Shown piece after piece: positions 14,369 through 26,796 of a DNA stretch of 64,000 bases (position 1 is its first letter; each line of letters opens with the position of its first letter). The position numbers and the translations under genes are program-made. The stretch is from Ophelia neglecta (lineage: Eukaryota). The notes below the pieces were generated by a model. The model saw only the letters and a list, made by a program, of their open reading frames with translations, made no database searches and was not told the origin of the DNA. The stretch is taken from NCBI GenBank assembly GCA_965285935.1, contig OZ260665.1, forward strand, positions 59,582,001 through 59,646,000. Direction: 5' to 3'.

Positions 14369-17198
14369 TTCTCTCGTCGACTGCAGTCTGCAGTCTGAAT
14401 TAGGACATCTCCACCTGGCTCATCATCCCCATTGCATGACTATACACCATTCATCTGACAAACATTATCTGTCTCTCTATTAATCCGTCAAACTAAGATG
14501 GCTATATACAAGATGGTGATTTTTGATCTCTTGCTAGCAGTGCTCCATACTATAAAGAAGATAATATAGCGTTTTTTTTATAAAATGATGATATCCGTTA
14601 TCATATATACATTGTCAGCAACTATCACCCAATGGGCGCTATCATTACAAACTACTCATTTAATATTCAACTAGGGATCATAGCTATATCAAATCCTTCT
14701 CGGCATGCTCATTATTTTTCATAATAGCAAGAAATGAATAGAAGCATGCGTTGATTGTGCGTACCACTTCCTAGAACTCCTCGAGAGAAAGAGCGTGTTA
14801 TGCAGCGCCATATGAGAAGCAACGGAGAGTGCAATGGCCCTCTCGTCATCCCTCTTTTCCCATTGTGGCAGCTAACCGAGCATGCAAAAATCATCAGCAA
14901 GACTCGAGAGTATCGAGCAGGGCTTGAGCAACACATGAGCACGGGCGAGCAGAGCAATAATGGAAAGAGATAAGCTAACAAATGAGGCAGAGCATGGGAG
15001 GATGATAAACTAGTTAGGGTAGGACGATTGCTGACGAGATCTATGCCTCGGTGTGATTATTGTTTATTACCATGTCTGATAGTTGAACGGACACTAACGA
15101 ATGAGCTACTCAGTCCCCATCTACACACATTAGCTAATGTTCCACCGGTCTCGTCCCGGCGAGCGGTAATATAACAAATTTGGTCAGTTCGTAGGTATTA
15201 GTCGAAGCCAGGTGAATCGATCTGCATGGTCAGGCGTAGATACACAAAGCCAGAGACCGGAAATGATAACTATCCCGAGAGGAAATCAGGGTCGTCAGAG
15301 GGTACCAACAACAACTATAATACCTCCACATCGAAAATGATTGCTAACAAGCCACTGGCTCAAGTTTTCTAGCAATGACAATATATTTATTCACACAATT
15401 CTAATGTCGGCATCTAATAGTGCCCGCGGGAAATCCGCAGCTAGGTCTGGTGCGTCAGCCAAACATCAATTTTCACAATTGTAGGCAGACGGCTCTGCTT
15501 GTGGCTGGCCTATCTCGCCTACGGTTCCTCGGTCTCGTGTCATTATAAATTTGCCTTCATTCGCCATTTCTCGAGGAATGCTGCAGTGGAATTGGTGCTC
15601 AAGAGTGACCTTGCATTGACCCCTTTCACGAATGGGTGCTTGAAGGCGTTTAACGCCTGCCCAAATCTTGCTGATTTGCCCTGTGGACAGGCCTCTCGGT
15701 CCGCGTCAGAAGATATCTCCGTCAAAGGTAACCACCGACACTCGCTCTCTTGGGCCACCATATTTCAATGGCGGAATGGGAAGGTGAGTTCTCCTAGGAC
15801 GCATCACTCACGTCGTGTCAATTAGTACGCGAGCTGAGTCTTCTAGCTGCTGAAAGGAAGGTCCGAGTGGGGTGGCCACGAACATCTGGGGCGACCAGTC
15901 CACGAATTAAGTCCGGTTAATACCGCCCACAGGTTGTCAGTGTTCAAGCAGACATCACTCAAATAACAAAATGGCGCTCTGCATCTCTACGGCTCAACAC
16001 GAGATTCTTGGCTTTTATCCGCTTTACTTTCATTCCATGCGACTTCAAACCTGATCCTTGTGTACACATATTAATTGTGGATGGGTCAAATAGCCAAAGG
16101 CTAATCGAGTGGCATCTCCATTATGATAACAAATACAATTAAGATAACACATGGTTCCCCGATGAGGAGCTGCTTAAATGAGAGAAGACAAGTGATGTCA
16201 CGAGCACATGTCCAATGGTTAGGATGAAAACCAAGTCATACAGTCAGTAATACATAACTATACGACAATGTACGTATGTTACACAGCAATGTTAACTGAT
16301 ACACGTGCCTCCCTCTTTTAAATGTTATTCAATCATTTCCACCAACCTAATAACCAACTCCGCAGCAACAAATAAGGGGCTTACATCTGCCAATAACCCT
16401 GGCAGCTCGGTTTCGTTATCACAAATATAGTTTAAGTGGCGGGCAAGCCTTCTCTAAGATATGTCATCCGCATAAGGGATAAGATGTGTATCGATTGGTG
16501 GACCGAATAAATCATGCATAAATCACGTGACATCTTTGATACTCAGTCGTTCAAATAGCCTTAAATATACACATATTGGAACCGATGCAAGGCAGCTCCC
16601 CAAGCACTAAAGTTTATGAGCTGTTGACCGATAGAGGCCCCGGATGGGCAGGTCGTCTGCCGACTAAGTGGACGACCATTACCAACCTACCTGATACGCC
16701 TCGAGGGACGGGGCGCCTCCATTCTCCGTCTAACCCACACCGCCTTTGATGAAATCAGGTGTCAGAGCTCGTCATAAACGACAAAACAGAGTAGCTTTTA
16801 TACCAGCACGGCTAAATCACCATGACACCCTGTTATAAGGTGGTCACGCTTACGGCAAGGCATGCACGCAAACCTAATCGCATTCCATTTTCATTCAATT
16901 CCATATTTATTATATTGAATTGTCGCTTTTTGACATGGAAACTCTCTAGGTAATATATATAGAAACACTTTTGGTAAGTAGCAATAGCGTCACACGACTT
17001 CCGGTCACTCACGAGAATGCATCCGAATTAAACTATTTGTGCATAAATAACAAAATGTATCGGACAAAAAAGGAGCTCCAACAAATACTGGAATAGAGAA
17101 TAAAAGGTTGAGAAAAGTATAAAATGTATGCATTAACAGTTCTGTTTCCGGTCAGCCATCTCGTTAGCACGCCGGTAAGCCGAACTGTATCTATATAA

Positions 17199-18008
17199 GG
17201 GAATGTTCATTATTAACATCCGGGGGGGGGGGGGGTCGGCAAAAATGGGGGGGTCATAAAAGTTTTGACCTCCTCTATGGGGGGGGGGTCAAAAAAGTTT
17301 TATCACAACCTATGGGGGGGGGGGGTCAAAAAAGTTTTAATGAGTATCACCTCCCATTAAAGTACACCACCCATTAAAGTACAATACAGCCATGGTTGAT
17401 CAGGAGCATGATGACGAAGATCATATCCAGGATGAGCAAATCATTGCAGAAATAGGATGCACCTCAGATGAAGATAGTGACAGTCACTCGCTTTTTGATA
17501 CGTCTGACGAAGATAGCCGAAATGATTGTGAACGTGTCCCTGGTATTATTGATGAAAGCCAGAGTGATGATGGTGCTAGCGTGGGTAGATGTGATTCGGT
17601 TAAAAAAAGTGTTCACGCATCTTCTGAGGTGCCTTCACACACACTTTTTGGAAGGGCACTTAGGAAACCTGCTTCTAAAGATTATATATTTTATTAAAAA
17701 CAGTATTAGTTAATAGGCTGCACATTCAAACCATGTTTTATTCATTAATGATCATGACAAATAAGGATATATCATACAATTTTGTACAATTATAAATAAA
17801 TTATGATATCATTATTTACATGGCTTATTTACCTATTGTTAACTTTACGGGAGGGGGGGGGGTCATAAAAGTTTTGCTTGCCATGGTGGGGGGGGGGGGG
17901 GTCATTAAAGTTTTGCCTCTATGAGTGAGGGGGGTCAAAAAAGTTTTTCCATTTCCACGCCAAAATTTGCCGCCCCCCCCCCCCCGGATGTTAATAATGA
18001 ACGCTCCC
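17199..18008. mobile_element. 810-bp non-autonomous DNA transposon (PIF/Harbinger-like) with TIRs and a TAA target-site duplication
   Basis: Left end GGGAATGTTCATTATTAACATCC(G)n versus the reverse complement of the right end GGGAGCGTTCATTATTAACATCC(G)n, giving a TIR of about 45 bp. Flanked by TAA at 17196-17198 and 18009-18011. Six subterminal direct repeats (G)nTCA(T/A)AAAAGTTTT. The empty site is visible in the adjacent duplicate at about 18306. Confidence 0.9.
17392..17697 (+). pseudogene. Acidic ORF remnant inside the TIR element, probably the 3' end of a parental transposon gene
   Basis: 101-aa D/E/S-rich ORF ending TLFGRALRKPASKDYIFY*, followed by an AT-rich 3'UTR-like stretch with AATAAA at about 17795. 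No transposase catalytic motif is visible. Confidence 0.45.
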
Positions 18009-18939
18009 TAAATAAGGGACACTCAATGTCGACACCAAGCGTCCCATGCAACACACTTGATTATTCCATCGTCCGTACTGTGTAGCAATAGCGTCACACG
18101 ACTTCCGGTCACTCACGAGAATGCATCCGAATTAAACTATTCGTGCATAAATAACAAAATGTATCGGACAAAAAAGGAGCTCCAACAAATAGGCCTACTG
18201 GAATAGAGAATAAAAGGTTGAGAAAAGTGTAAAATGTATGCATTAACAGTTCTGTTTCCGGTCAGCCATCTCGTTAGCACGCCGGTAAGCCGAACTGTAT
18301 CTATATAAAATAAGGGACACTCAATGTCGACACCAAGCGTCCCATGCAACACACTTGATTATTCCATCGTCCGTACTGTGTAGTTTCCACGGCCTTATGT
18401 TGCCGAAATGGCGCTTAAAGGGCCAAGAAAATTACATAGTTATAGGACAATATCAGTGGAGAAGTGTCATGTGCGGACTAGCAGGGTGACGAATGGACAA
18501 AGTAGTGACTTCAATGCTACTTAACATTCTTCGCAACTTCAAGAACATCTCTTACCAGCTGGTGAGTTCTAATGACCGACAGGTTGGGCTACAAACGCTC
18601 ATTAAAAATGTCACTTTGAGTCAAAGGCGATTGAGTCCATATGCTTATTTTCTTTATTTCTTTACCTTTTCATTATTATAACATTTATTATCATACACAG
18701 TAAAGAAAATACAAAGACGAACAATGTACGGTTTAAAAAAATAACGAAGCGCGACAAAAGAAGAAAGTAAAAGAATAAATTAGAACCATAGAGTGTAATT
18801 TACTTTTCTGATGATGGCAAATTATGTGAACTTATTTTTGAAAATATTAATGAATAAAATTCGTTTGATCCTTTAGTCAAGAGCCAGACACAGGCAATTC
18901 GCTTCAAAACTGGATCACTGAGGTGAACCCAAACCAAAC

Positions 18940-19095
18940 CATTGTCTTCCACAATCAAACGTTACTTTACAATAATTTTGATGGAATTCCTAGCCTGGTG
19001 TCCGCTGGTTATCCATTCACATCTGATCTACATCATCAGTGTACCTGGCAGACAGATAATTTTCACCTTAATATATCTAAACAAAAACAATTCTA
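18940..19095 (+). mobile_element. Possible highly decayed CR1/L2 reverse-transcriptase fragment
   Basis: One frame reads SDLHHQCTWQTDNFHLNISK, resembling the RT motif SDL....W..DN.L.LNISKTK. No FADD core is visible. Confidence 0.3.
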
Positions 19096-22000
19096 AGAAG
19101 CCTATCCTGACTAACATCTATTTTTTTAACAGCCCAATTGGTCTTTCAGATAACACTGGCCTACTCAAGCCGTTCAAGAAAGAAATCAAAAACATGCATC
19201 CAAAACAAGTGTCTACCTCCTCTGATAAACCATCCCATTACAAAACATAGATCATTTTAACTTACACACATGAGCTTAGAACAGTGAACACCTTAAATGA
19301 ATTATGGCGACTTGTCGCCCTGCTGACTTAGTTTGCTATTCTTATTGTACGTTGTTGTGTTGTTAATTATCATTTTTAAGGGACCAAAAAGCCTCACTTT
19401 CTCGTCTCTGCCGTGTTTATTGTTGCAATTAGTTTTAACTGAACATCATGTAATTAGTATAATAATATAATGGCATTATTATAAGGCATTTTGTTAGAAA
19501 TTGTCTTGCCAACTTTATATCTCATTTAACAATTATAACCTATGTTTTAAAACCTTGCAAAATCGGCGGTATGCAAACATGAAAAATGACACTTACCAGA
19601 ATATTATAATGCTATTCGGGACGGTGGCACGTGGATAAATTTAAACAATATAGACAGCCCTACAGTGATTGGAATACATCATTCTCATCAAGACTTAGTG
19701 GCCTGAAGTATTTATACATGTTCAAGGTGTTTTAAAAAGCACATAAACCCCACCTAGAGTTGGCTCCCGAAAAATATGTTTATATTATTGCACTTCCAAA
19801 CTGTTTTTATTCAGGTGTAAATAGCACCCATATAATGCTAATTTAGCGTACTTTATGCCATAATATTTCATGAAAAGGATAAAATTGTGTAGTGTACATA
19901 GTAGTTTTATTGGTAAACTTCGTGATTTTAAATGCCGAAAACAACCTCGCTAGTAACTGAACTCTGAATAGGTTGTAGCTACATCATCTTGAACAGAAAT
20001 TACCACCCATAGGAAATATAGCCCGAAGAGGTCCCTCGACATGGTGCCTCGGGACAAAGTAGTTTAAGGTAAAGTTCCTAGAAGACAATAATTCACGCTA
20101 TTGCCCTCAATAGCAGAGACTGTCTGCTTAATAATTTATGGAGATGTCGTCCGAGTCTAATAACGATTTATCACTATGAAAGGCCGACTCAAACCAGCCT
20201 TGGGCCTACTCAGATAGGCCTTGTTCTTGGCACTCTGTGCACTAGAAAACTGGCTACCTATTATACCCGGGTCTGCACTCAAGATAAAATAAAAGGAGGA
20301 CATTTAATAGTTCCAATTTGAAATATACCCTTCTCCATTGATTGTTGGTAAAAAAAAAATCAACTCTTCCTTCGGGAAAACTCTGATTCGACCAAAGAAA
20401 AATAGCCTACTACCAATATGAAAACATCCATGGACACCTTCTGTCCACCCATTGCCTATAGGAATAAGGCAGGACAAAATACCCTTTTATAATAACGCGA
20501 AGACTGTTCGAAAAAAGACCCCTTCTTAAGGTTTTGTGGACATGCGTGGTGAAAAAATTTCTGGAAAGTGGGAACAATCATGCGTATGAATTTGCTCAAG
20601 GAGTGCAGGCCCCGAGAGCCTATTTTCCGCATCATTGTTAGTATAATCCTATCATATATATATAATAGTACTTTATGGAATGTTATACCAGAACTGATGT
20701 ATGCTTTGTACATTGCTGCTGACATAAGTGGGTAAGTCTTAAAGAAGAAAGATGCAAAAGTAAGACATAAATTTGCTCATGCAAGGCGTGGAAACAACCA
20801 GTGGCTTCCCCGAGTCTCCACGTGATCTGTTAATGTGTCGGGTCACCATAGTTTGTGCTGAGTTGGTGATTTTATAATGGAAAGCTTTTGTCTCCAATGA
20901 CACTTAATTCGTACTGTTGTTTGTACCTTCGGGAACAATGTGTACTCGGACCGCTGATATCGTCCTTAATGAGGGAAGTTGCCGTAATACATCAAACGCG
21001 ATCTTCTCAAAGCGGATGGCAAGACAAAACTAGGGGGTCCGCTCTGCACAGCGGCGGTTATAAAAATACATTATAGTGAGATCTTCTGAGAACAAACATG
21101 CCTTAGATTACAGAAGCTGTGCGATAATAGCTGGCATTCAAGGGATGTACACCAAAGGGTTCTTTTAATAAATCTACAGACATCCGTCTACAGTACTAAG
21201 ACACATGGAAACCTTGACTAAAAAAAATATAAGAATAAAGACGAACTTGTAAAGTTGTGTCCAAAAAAATATTGAGAGGTTGTGGAATTATTTATACGAC
21301 CCGACTCCCTTATGATGGTCTTGTCTGGCGTGGCTGTTGCTGCGGTCTAGCAGCTGGACAGCGGAGGCTGTACACCTGTAGCGGGCGTCTCCCCCCGCCG
21401 GTCGTGACGGTGTCGACAGCGGTAACTCAGGACCGGCGAGCCGTCCGGCGCAGTGTCTTGACGTCATCAGCACGCTATTCTTGGACAACAATATAGCTCC
21501 GGGCATACGCTGGTACCGCTTTTTTGCCATTTTGTTCTATATTTGGCACTGCCTGCTAGATCCATCACTCGACATGCAGATTTAAGAGGACTGAGGCGCT
21601 AAATAGGGTGCTGCTTGTCGACAATGGACCCGGGCGTATGTCTCAATCAGCATAGAACCCGTCATTCGTAGTCTTAGGACATAGCTTGTTATTCTAGCTT
21701 GCTTGGGACCCGTTTTGTATGAGAGCTGCAAAGCACCTAGCGAACAATCATCTATAATTCATACGAATATAGCAGCCTATAAGGAACGATGATTCAAAAG
21801 GTAGTCAATAAGATTACAGTTTCCGGCTGACACGTATGCCACCAGCATTGATAATACAAAATTAATAAAACATAATTAGGTAGACAAATCTGTTATTTGA
21901 CCTTGCTTTGAAAGGTCATACGCCGTTAAAACTCCGTTGCTTCCTTTCGACAAAGATCAGCCAATTACGGTGGTCTTAGTTAATTCTCAACGATAATCCT

Positions 22001-23924
22001 TTTCCTATTAAATTATATCTATAATATTAAGGTACTAACTCCGCAGCAATCAACGCATTTAATACGTATGGTAGTGAGGAGAATATCCTGCCCTTTGATA
22101 AGATTGTCCTCTCTACTTTGGTAAAAACACTGCACTACACGATCGCAGCACATCGACCCGAGCAAGCACGACATCGAGCTGGAGACGAAAAAGCCACCAC
22201 CGACTCAAGTCTCCCGTCTTGTTTCTCGCCGTTTTCTTTCAGTGGAAGTGCTTAGTCCTAATCAATCCCATTATCACCATGTTCATGTCCCTTGGTGAAT
22301 AAATATTTTTAACATGGAACTCGTATGATGACAGATGTAGCTAATAGTGCAGTGATTAGTATAGGGAAAGGCGACAGCCAAGGTGAGCAGGCACACTAAT
22401 CCGAGACCATCTCAAAAATAGATAAATATCGCAAATGGATACCTTATTATTAGTCAAGAAGAGTCCATTAAACAGGTCCAAAATCTACAGGGGCCGTCAC
22501 CCTAAAATTGATATAACTTGCAAATAGAAGTAGTCGAGAGTTTTCATGATGCGACTTAAAATACGCACTGAAAAATATGTCAGTTGCATAGAAAAGAGAC
22601 GAAAGAGGGCATAGGAAAGTCTGCGATGGACTAAACTCCTACAGATGAAGTCGTCTCGTAAATCACAAGGCCAGAAACAAGGGAATGATGTACAGATCCC
22701 TGCAGACTAAAGAGTAAAGGGGGTATGATATCGGCTCGTTATTGCAACAAAGTTTTTGCTATAAAAGGCATCTAGCTACACTTTTATTGTAACTGAACAC
22801 TTGCAGCTGCAGCATAAGAAACCATGGTATATCAGTATGGGGCGGACGCATATGGCCCCTGGCCCTATGATGAGTAGAATAATTCACTCCAAGACATTGT
22901 AGTCTTTTGGAAGATAATCACAACATAAATAGGCCGTGAATCAGGTTCGGTCAGATAGGATCCAAATTGGGTGTGAATATTTGAAAATGGACCTTTTTTG
23001 CTAAACCCGAAAACTCGAGAAGAAGTATCTGTTTTGCCTATATAACGACACTTATATTTCGTGGGAACTTACTGTTTTATGACACGAATATACAACGGAT
23101 TGCCAACTTAGCCTGTTCAAGTAAAGCTACTGATTGTTAAAACTATACACAACAAAAACGGGAGCGGATAACCTACAGACAAAGCAAAATCACTTATCAA
23201 GAATAGTCCATTAAATCGATCGGAAAATATCTGAAATAACCAGTTTCAGGCCCATAAACACCAATCCCCGGATCCCTTACAGTTAATAAGCTTGTAATGA
23301 CATTACCAATAAAAATATTAATGATGATTATATGTGTGGAAATTACGGTTCCATTGTGATAACTTTAGTTAGCAATCAATATGCCAAATCGTGTTTGTTT
23401 CTTCCATTACACCCTATTATATGGTGTTAGATTGACCACTGGTCGTGGTGATTTAAGTAATGGAATCACATTGTAGCCGAACAAAAGGAACACAAGCACG
23501 AACTACTATTCTCTGAGGGACTCAACCTCGAGTATCCACCTATTGGCCCGAGTGGTTCCTGCTATTAAACACCAACATTATCAGACCACGAGCTTGGCCC
23601 ACAATGCTGACAAAAGCTTCATAAATCCACATTAAACCGGCAGAAGGCTATGATTCAAGCTGTAATCAGGTTAGCTGAAGCCGATGACACATGTATCGAA
23701 TCAATTATCATTTGCTCGTATCAACTGACAACTGGTCGGCTTTACGCGCAGTCAGCCGTTATATTAAGTCGAACCTGAGACAGCAAATCCGGCGCCTGCT
23801 AAAGAGACACTTCCTGTTTTATGCATACGATACAGTTTAAGTCACTGGAGCCACATCCCATTGAAATGCGTTGAATCCCCTTTGATATAATACCATATAC
23901 CTTTGCCTACGTTGGATCCACTTT

Positions 23925-24031
23925 GTTATTTTGGTCGTTATGACTGTTTAATTACACTATAGAATGGCTGGGTGATTCGACGTCATCATGGAAAGGACAA
24001 GCGTCCCCCTTAATGGCAAATGGTTTGTTCT
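23925..24031 (-). repeat. Dispersed repeat, copy B (partner at 3853-3970)
   Basis: Reverse-complement match to copy A over a core of about 55 bp, with weaker extension. Confidence 0.7.
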
Positions 24032-24270
24032 ACTATAGCATTTAAATGAAAATAATATGAAACAGACGCATATTATGGAACAGGATACAAAGATAATACG
24101 AACTGATAGAGGCAACAAACAACGCAATCAAAAATATGTTATTCGTTAATAGAATAAATGCTATCGTAAATGGAATGGTTTGATATATACACTAGCATGA
24201 AGCAATATGATAATCAAAGACAAAGAATGACAATTCGGGTCGTTTATCATTCTGATATACACGGTATAAA

Positions 24271-24600
24271 CAAAGACACATGAATATAGTTCATGTCTTA
24301 AAACAGATATATTACCAAAGGCACAAAAATGTACTGCAAGACTTACAAAAACATATAGCCAAAGACAAAATGATTACCTCAAGTCTTATAGCGGACATAT
24401 AATCAGAGACACAGAAATACACTTTACGTCTCACAAATACCTTATTAGCGAAGACATAAACGTTTACGTCATGTATAGAACGGATATGACTACAAAGACT
24501 CGAACGTATACTAGATGTCTAAAAATGAAGATATACATTGACAAGGACGTAAAATACGCGTGTAATTTGATGTCTTATAATGGACATATAATCAAAGATT
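24271..24600. repeat. Old, degenerate ~45-bp tandem repeat (about 7.5 units)
   Basis: Units start at caaagac-like words near 24271, 24316, 24360, 24404, 24449, 24493 and 24542. Approximate consensus CAAAGACA-N13-TGTCTTA-N4-GGACATATAAT. Confidence 0.75.
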
Positions 24601-26539
24601 CATGGTGAATTCCAACTAATTGTTTTCTAAGATTACTCTTATTTTTCCTCGTATTTGTTACTAAACGAGTAGATTGCTAAGAAGAACTCAGTCTCGGGTA
24701 CTTTGACAATTAATTAAATTTATATATCAGTTATATCTTCCATCACGAAATTATATCCTTGTATCATTTGTACATGTGAAAATCTGGCCGTAATTTTAAA
24801 CAAAACGTAAATATCATGTATAATAAAACGATGCTAAATCTAAGCAATATTTCGGTTGGGGGTTCAGTCATGTAGGCAGTCGATAGTCTCAGGGGTGTAC
24901 ACAGAAACAAGAGATCTTTGTACACTAAATATTATCAAACTAATACAATCCATATTTGATGGTGCTATAGAGCCACGAAGCGGTGATTTGGCGGCGAGTA
25001 CAAGCCGGACTATTTTACTTTGGCGGTCCCGCAGGTGGGATCCATCTTGCTCTAACAAGGACGGCAGGCCCAGTGGGAGTTACACGGAGAGCAGGAAGCA
25101 CAGCTCAGACTACAATGGCATTGTCGCCAGCAGTCGTCTGCTGTGAGCCTCGCTCCATCTCTTTGCTCTCTGTAAGATAATCAGATTGCTGCTCGATTCC
25201 CTCACAATGTGTAGCGCGCTTCCTGCTTATCACATTACAGTCATATTACCAGTGTTGATAGCGCTGAGGAGATGTGCCGGGTGCACGCATTACCATACAA
25301 TCACACCGTCTCCGGCAATCGGCTTGTGATATTATCTTGCAAATAAAGTGGGCAAATAGCTCCTCGACTAGGACAGTGATTGAGAATGGCTTCAGCATCT
25401 AACCAAACGGAGTCAAGGCTAGTTAGTAAGGGGCAGTGAGAAGGAAGAACTCTTGTCCCTCGTACAATCACTAGCTGCTTTAAAAGACACCATTAATTTA
25501 TAATGATTGGATAAGTGCAGTGTAAAGATTGTCCTTCAATAATAATGAAATACGCTTTGGTATATACTCCTATTGGACCATCGTAAACGACAGACAAAAA
25601 TTATGTCCGACAATATTAAACATCAACCACCTTGAGCAATAATGACCATATTAACAAAATACCGTCTGCAACGGATAATGAAGCCGGAAGTACAGTATTG
25701 GATGCTATGAAGTGGCGCGCGCCCTCTGTTAGACAGTTTGATACACGAGTTTATTCCCCTGCGGCCGCCTGACCTTCTCCCTAACCGCAAGCCCGCGTGT
25801 GTGACTCGCTGACGCAAGTGCTGTCCTATCGTTTGCCAAATGAGGAGGAGATATTCCCTGACATTTACATGCCTTGTGGAAGCATTTCATATAACAAATT
25901 GGCTTACAAAACGCGCCAATACATTTTCAATGCTTCGTAAAACCAAAGCTATAAGCTATAAGCATGGATAACTCCAAGTTAAAATAAACTAGTATAGGTA
26001 TGATTTATTATGAATAGCGCTTGGCTTCCCAAACGAAATCTTTCATATCAGTCCCTAGAATTTTTTTTAAACAGAAGGAAAAATCCTTATATTAATAAGT
26101 CAACAAGTCCCTACTTGAATATAATGGATCATGTAAGTAAGTAATGTCCAAGATCAGGCTTGTCTGCACGAGATATGCCAATACATCATTAATTGCTCAA
26201 GCCAATTCGACATTTGGCATCCGAGTAGGCAACCTATCTGAACTATACAGTGGACACCTTCAGCTGTAGACCGCTGACCACCTTCTTTCCGGAGTATACA
26301 CCACAGCCACTTAAGAGATTAATTGCTGCTGCAAGATGTACAGCAATATTGGTCTAAAGGCCTCACTAAATCCCAATAGTGCCTTGTCTGTAGAAGATAA
26401 ACTGGGTCCTTCACAGAATGAGCAACGGAATTGTCCTTATCTGGCCTTATGGTCAAGTAAGAAGTTGTGCTTATCACTCTTTTAAGTGGGGCCATTTCTG
26501 CTTTTACTCAGTATATAATATATGCCACTGGAATTTTTT

Positions 26540-26796
26540 TTACCGCTCTCAGTTTGTCAGCCAGAAGTTCCATCCTATAGAATAACAAACCCATATGAGT
26601 CGCTAATGATAGGACATATACACCTTATGGCGTCCGTACTCCTTGTTGTATGACAATGTGATTCTTTCCTCTCAATCTTGTATATGTGCAGGTTATTTCT
26701 CATATATAAATTGTAAGATTTTTATCTGTGTACATTGATTATGGGTAATTACCCTGTCATAAAACAATAAACTTATTATAACTTATTATAACTTAT
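26540..26796 (+). mobile_element. Probable 3' end of a non-LTR retrotransposon
   Basis: T-rich 3'UTR-like stretch ending in AATAAA followed by a short tandem tail (ACTTATTATA)x2.5. Confidence 0.35.

Larger units (their letters stand above)
16978..18383. repeat. Tandem duplication of a ~298-bp unit (copy 1 16978-18081, interrupted by the transposon; copy 2 18082-18379)
   Basis: Near-identical sequence gtagcaatagcgtcacacgacttccgg...ccatcgtccgtactgt occurs twice. Differences: two substitutions, a 6-bp insertion, one extra A and the transposon. GTAG microhomology at the junctions. Confidence 0.95.

Noticed and set aside
17240-17950. CRISPR-like reading of the spaced GGGGTCAAAAAAGTTTT repeats
   Set aside because: Eukaryotic context, irregular spacers, no cas genes; they are transposon subterminal repeats.
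19595-19705. Candidate TARP exon 2 ending at a strong minus-strand GTAAGT donor
   Set aside because: Both nearby acceptors give in-frame stops in phase 1 and no TARP similarity.
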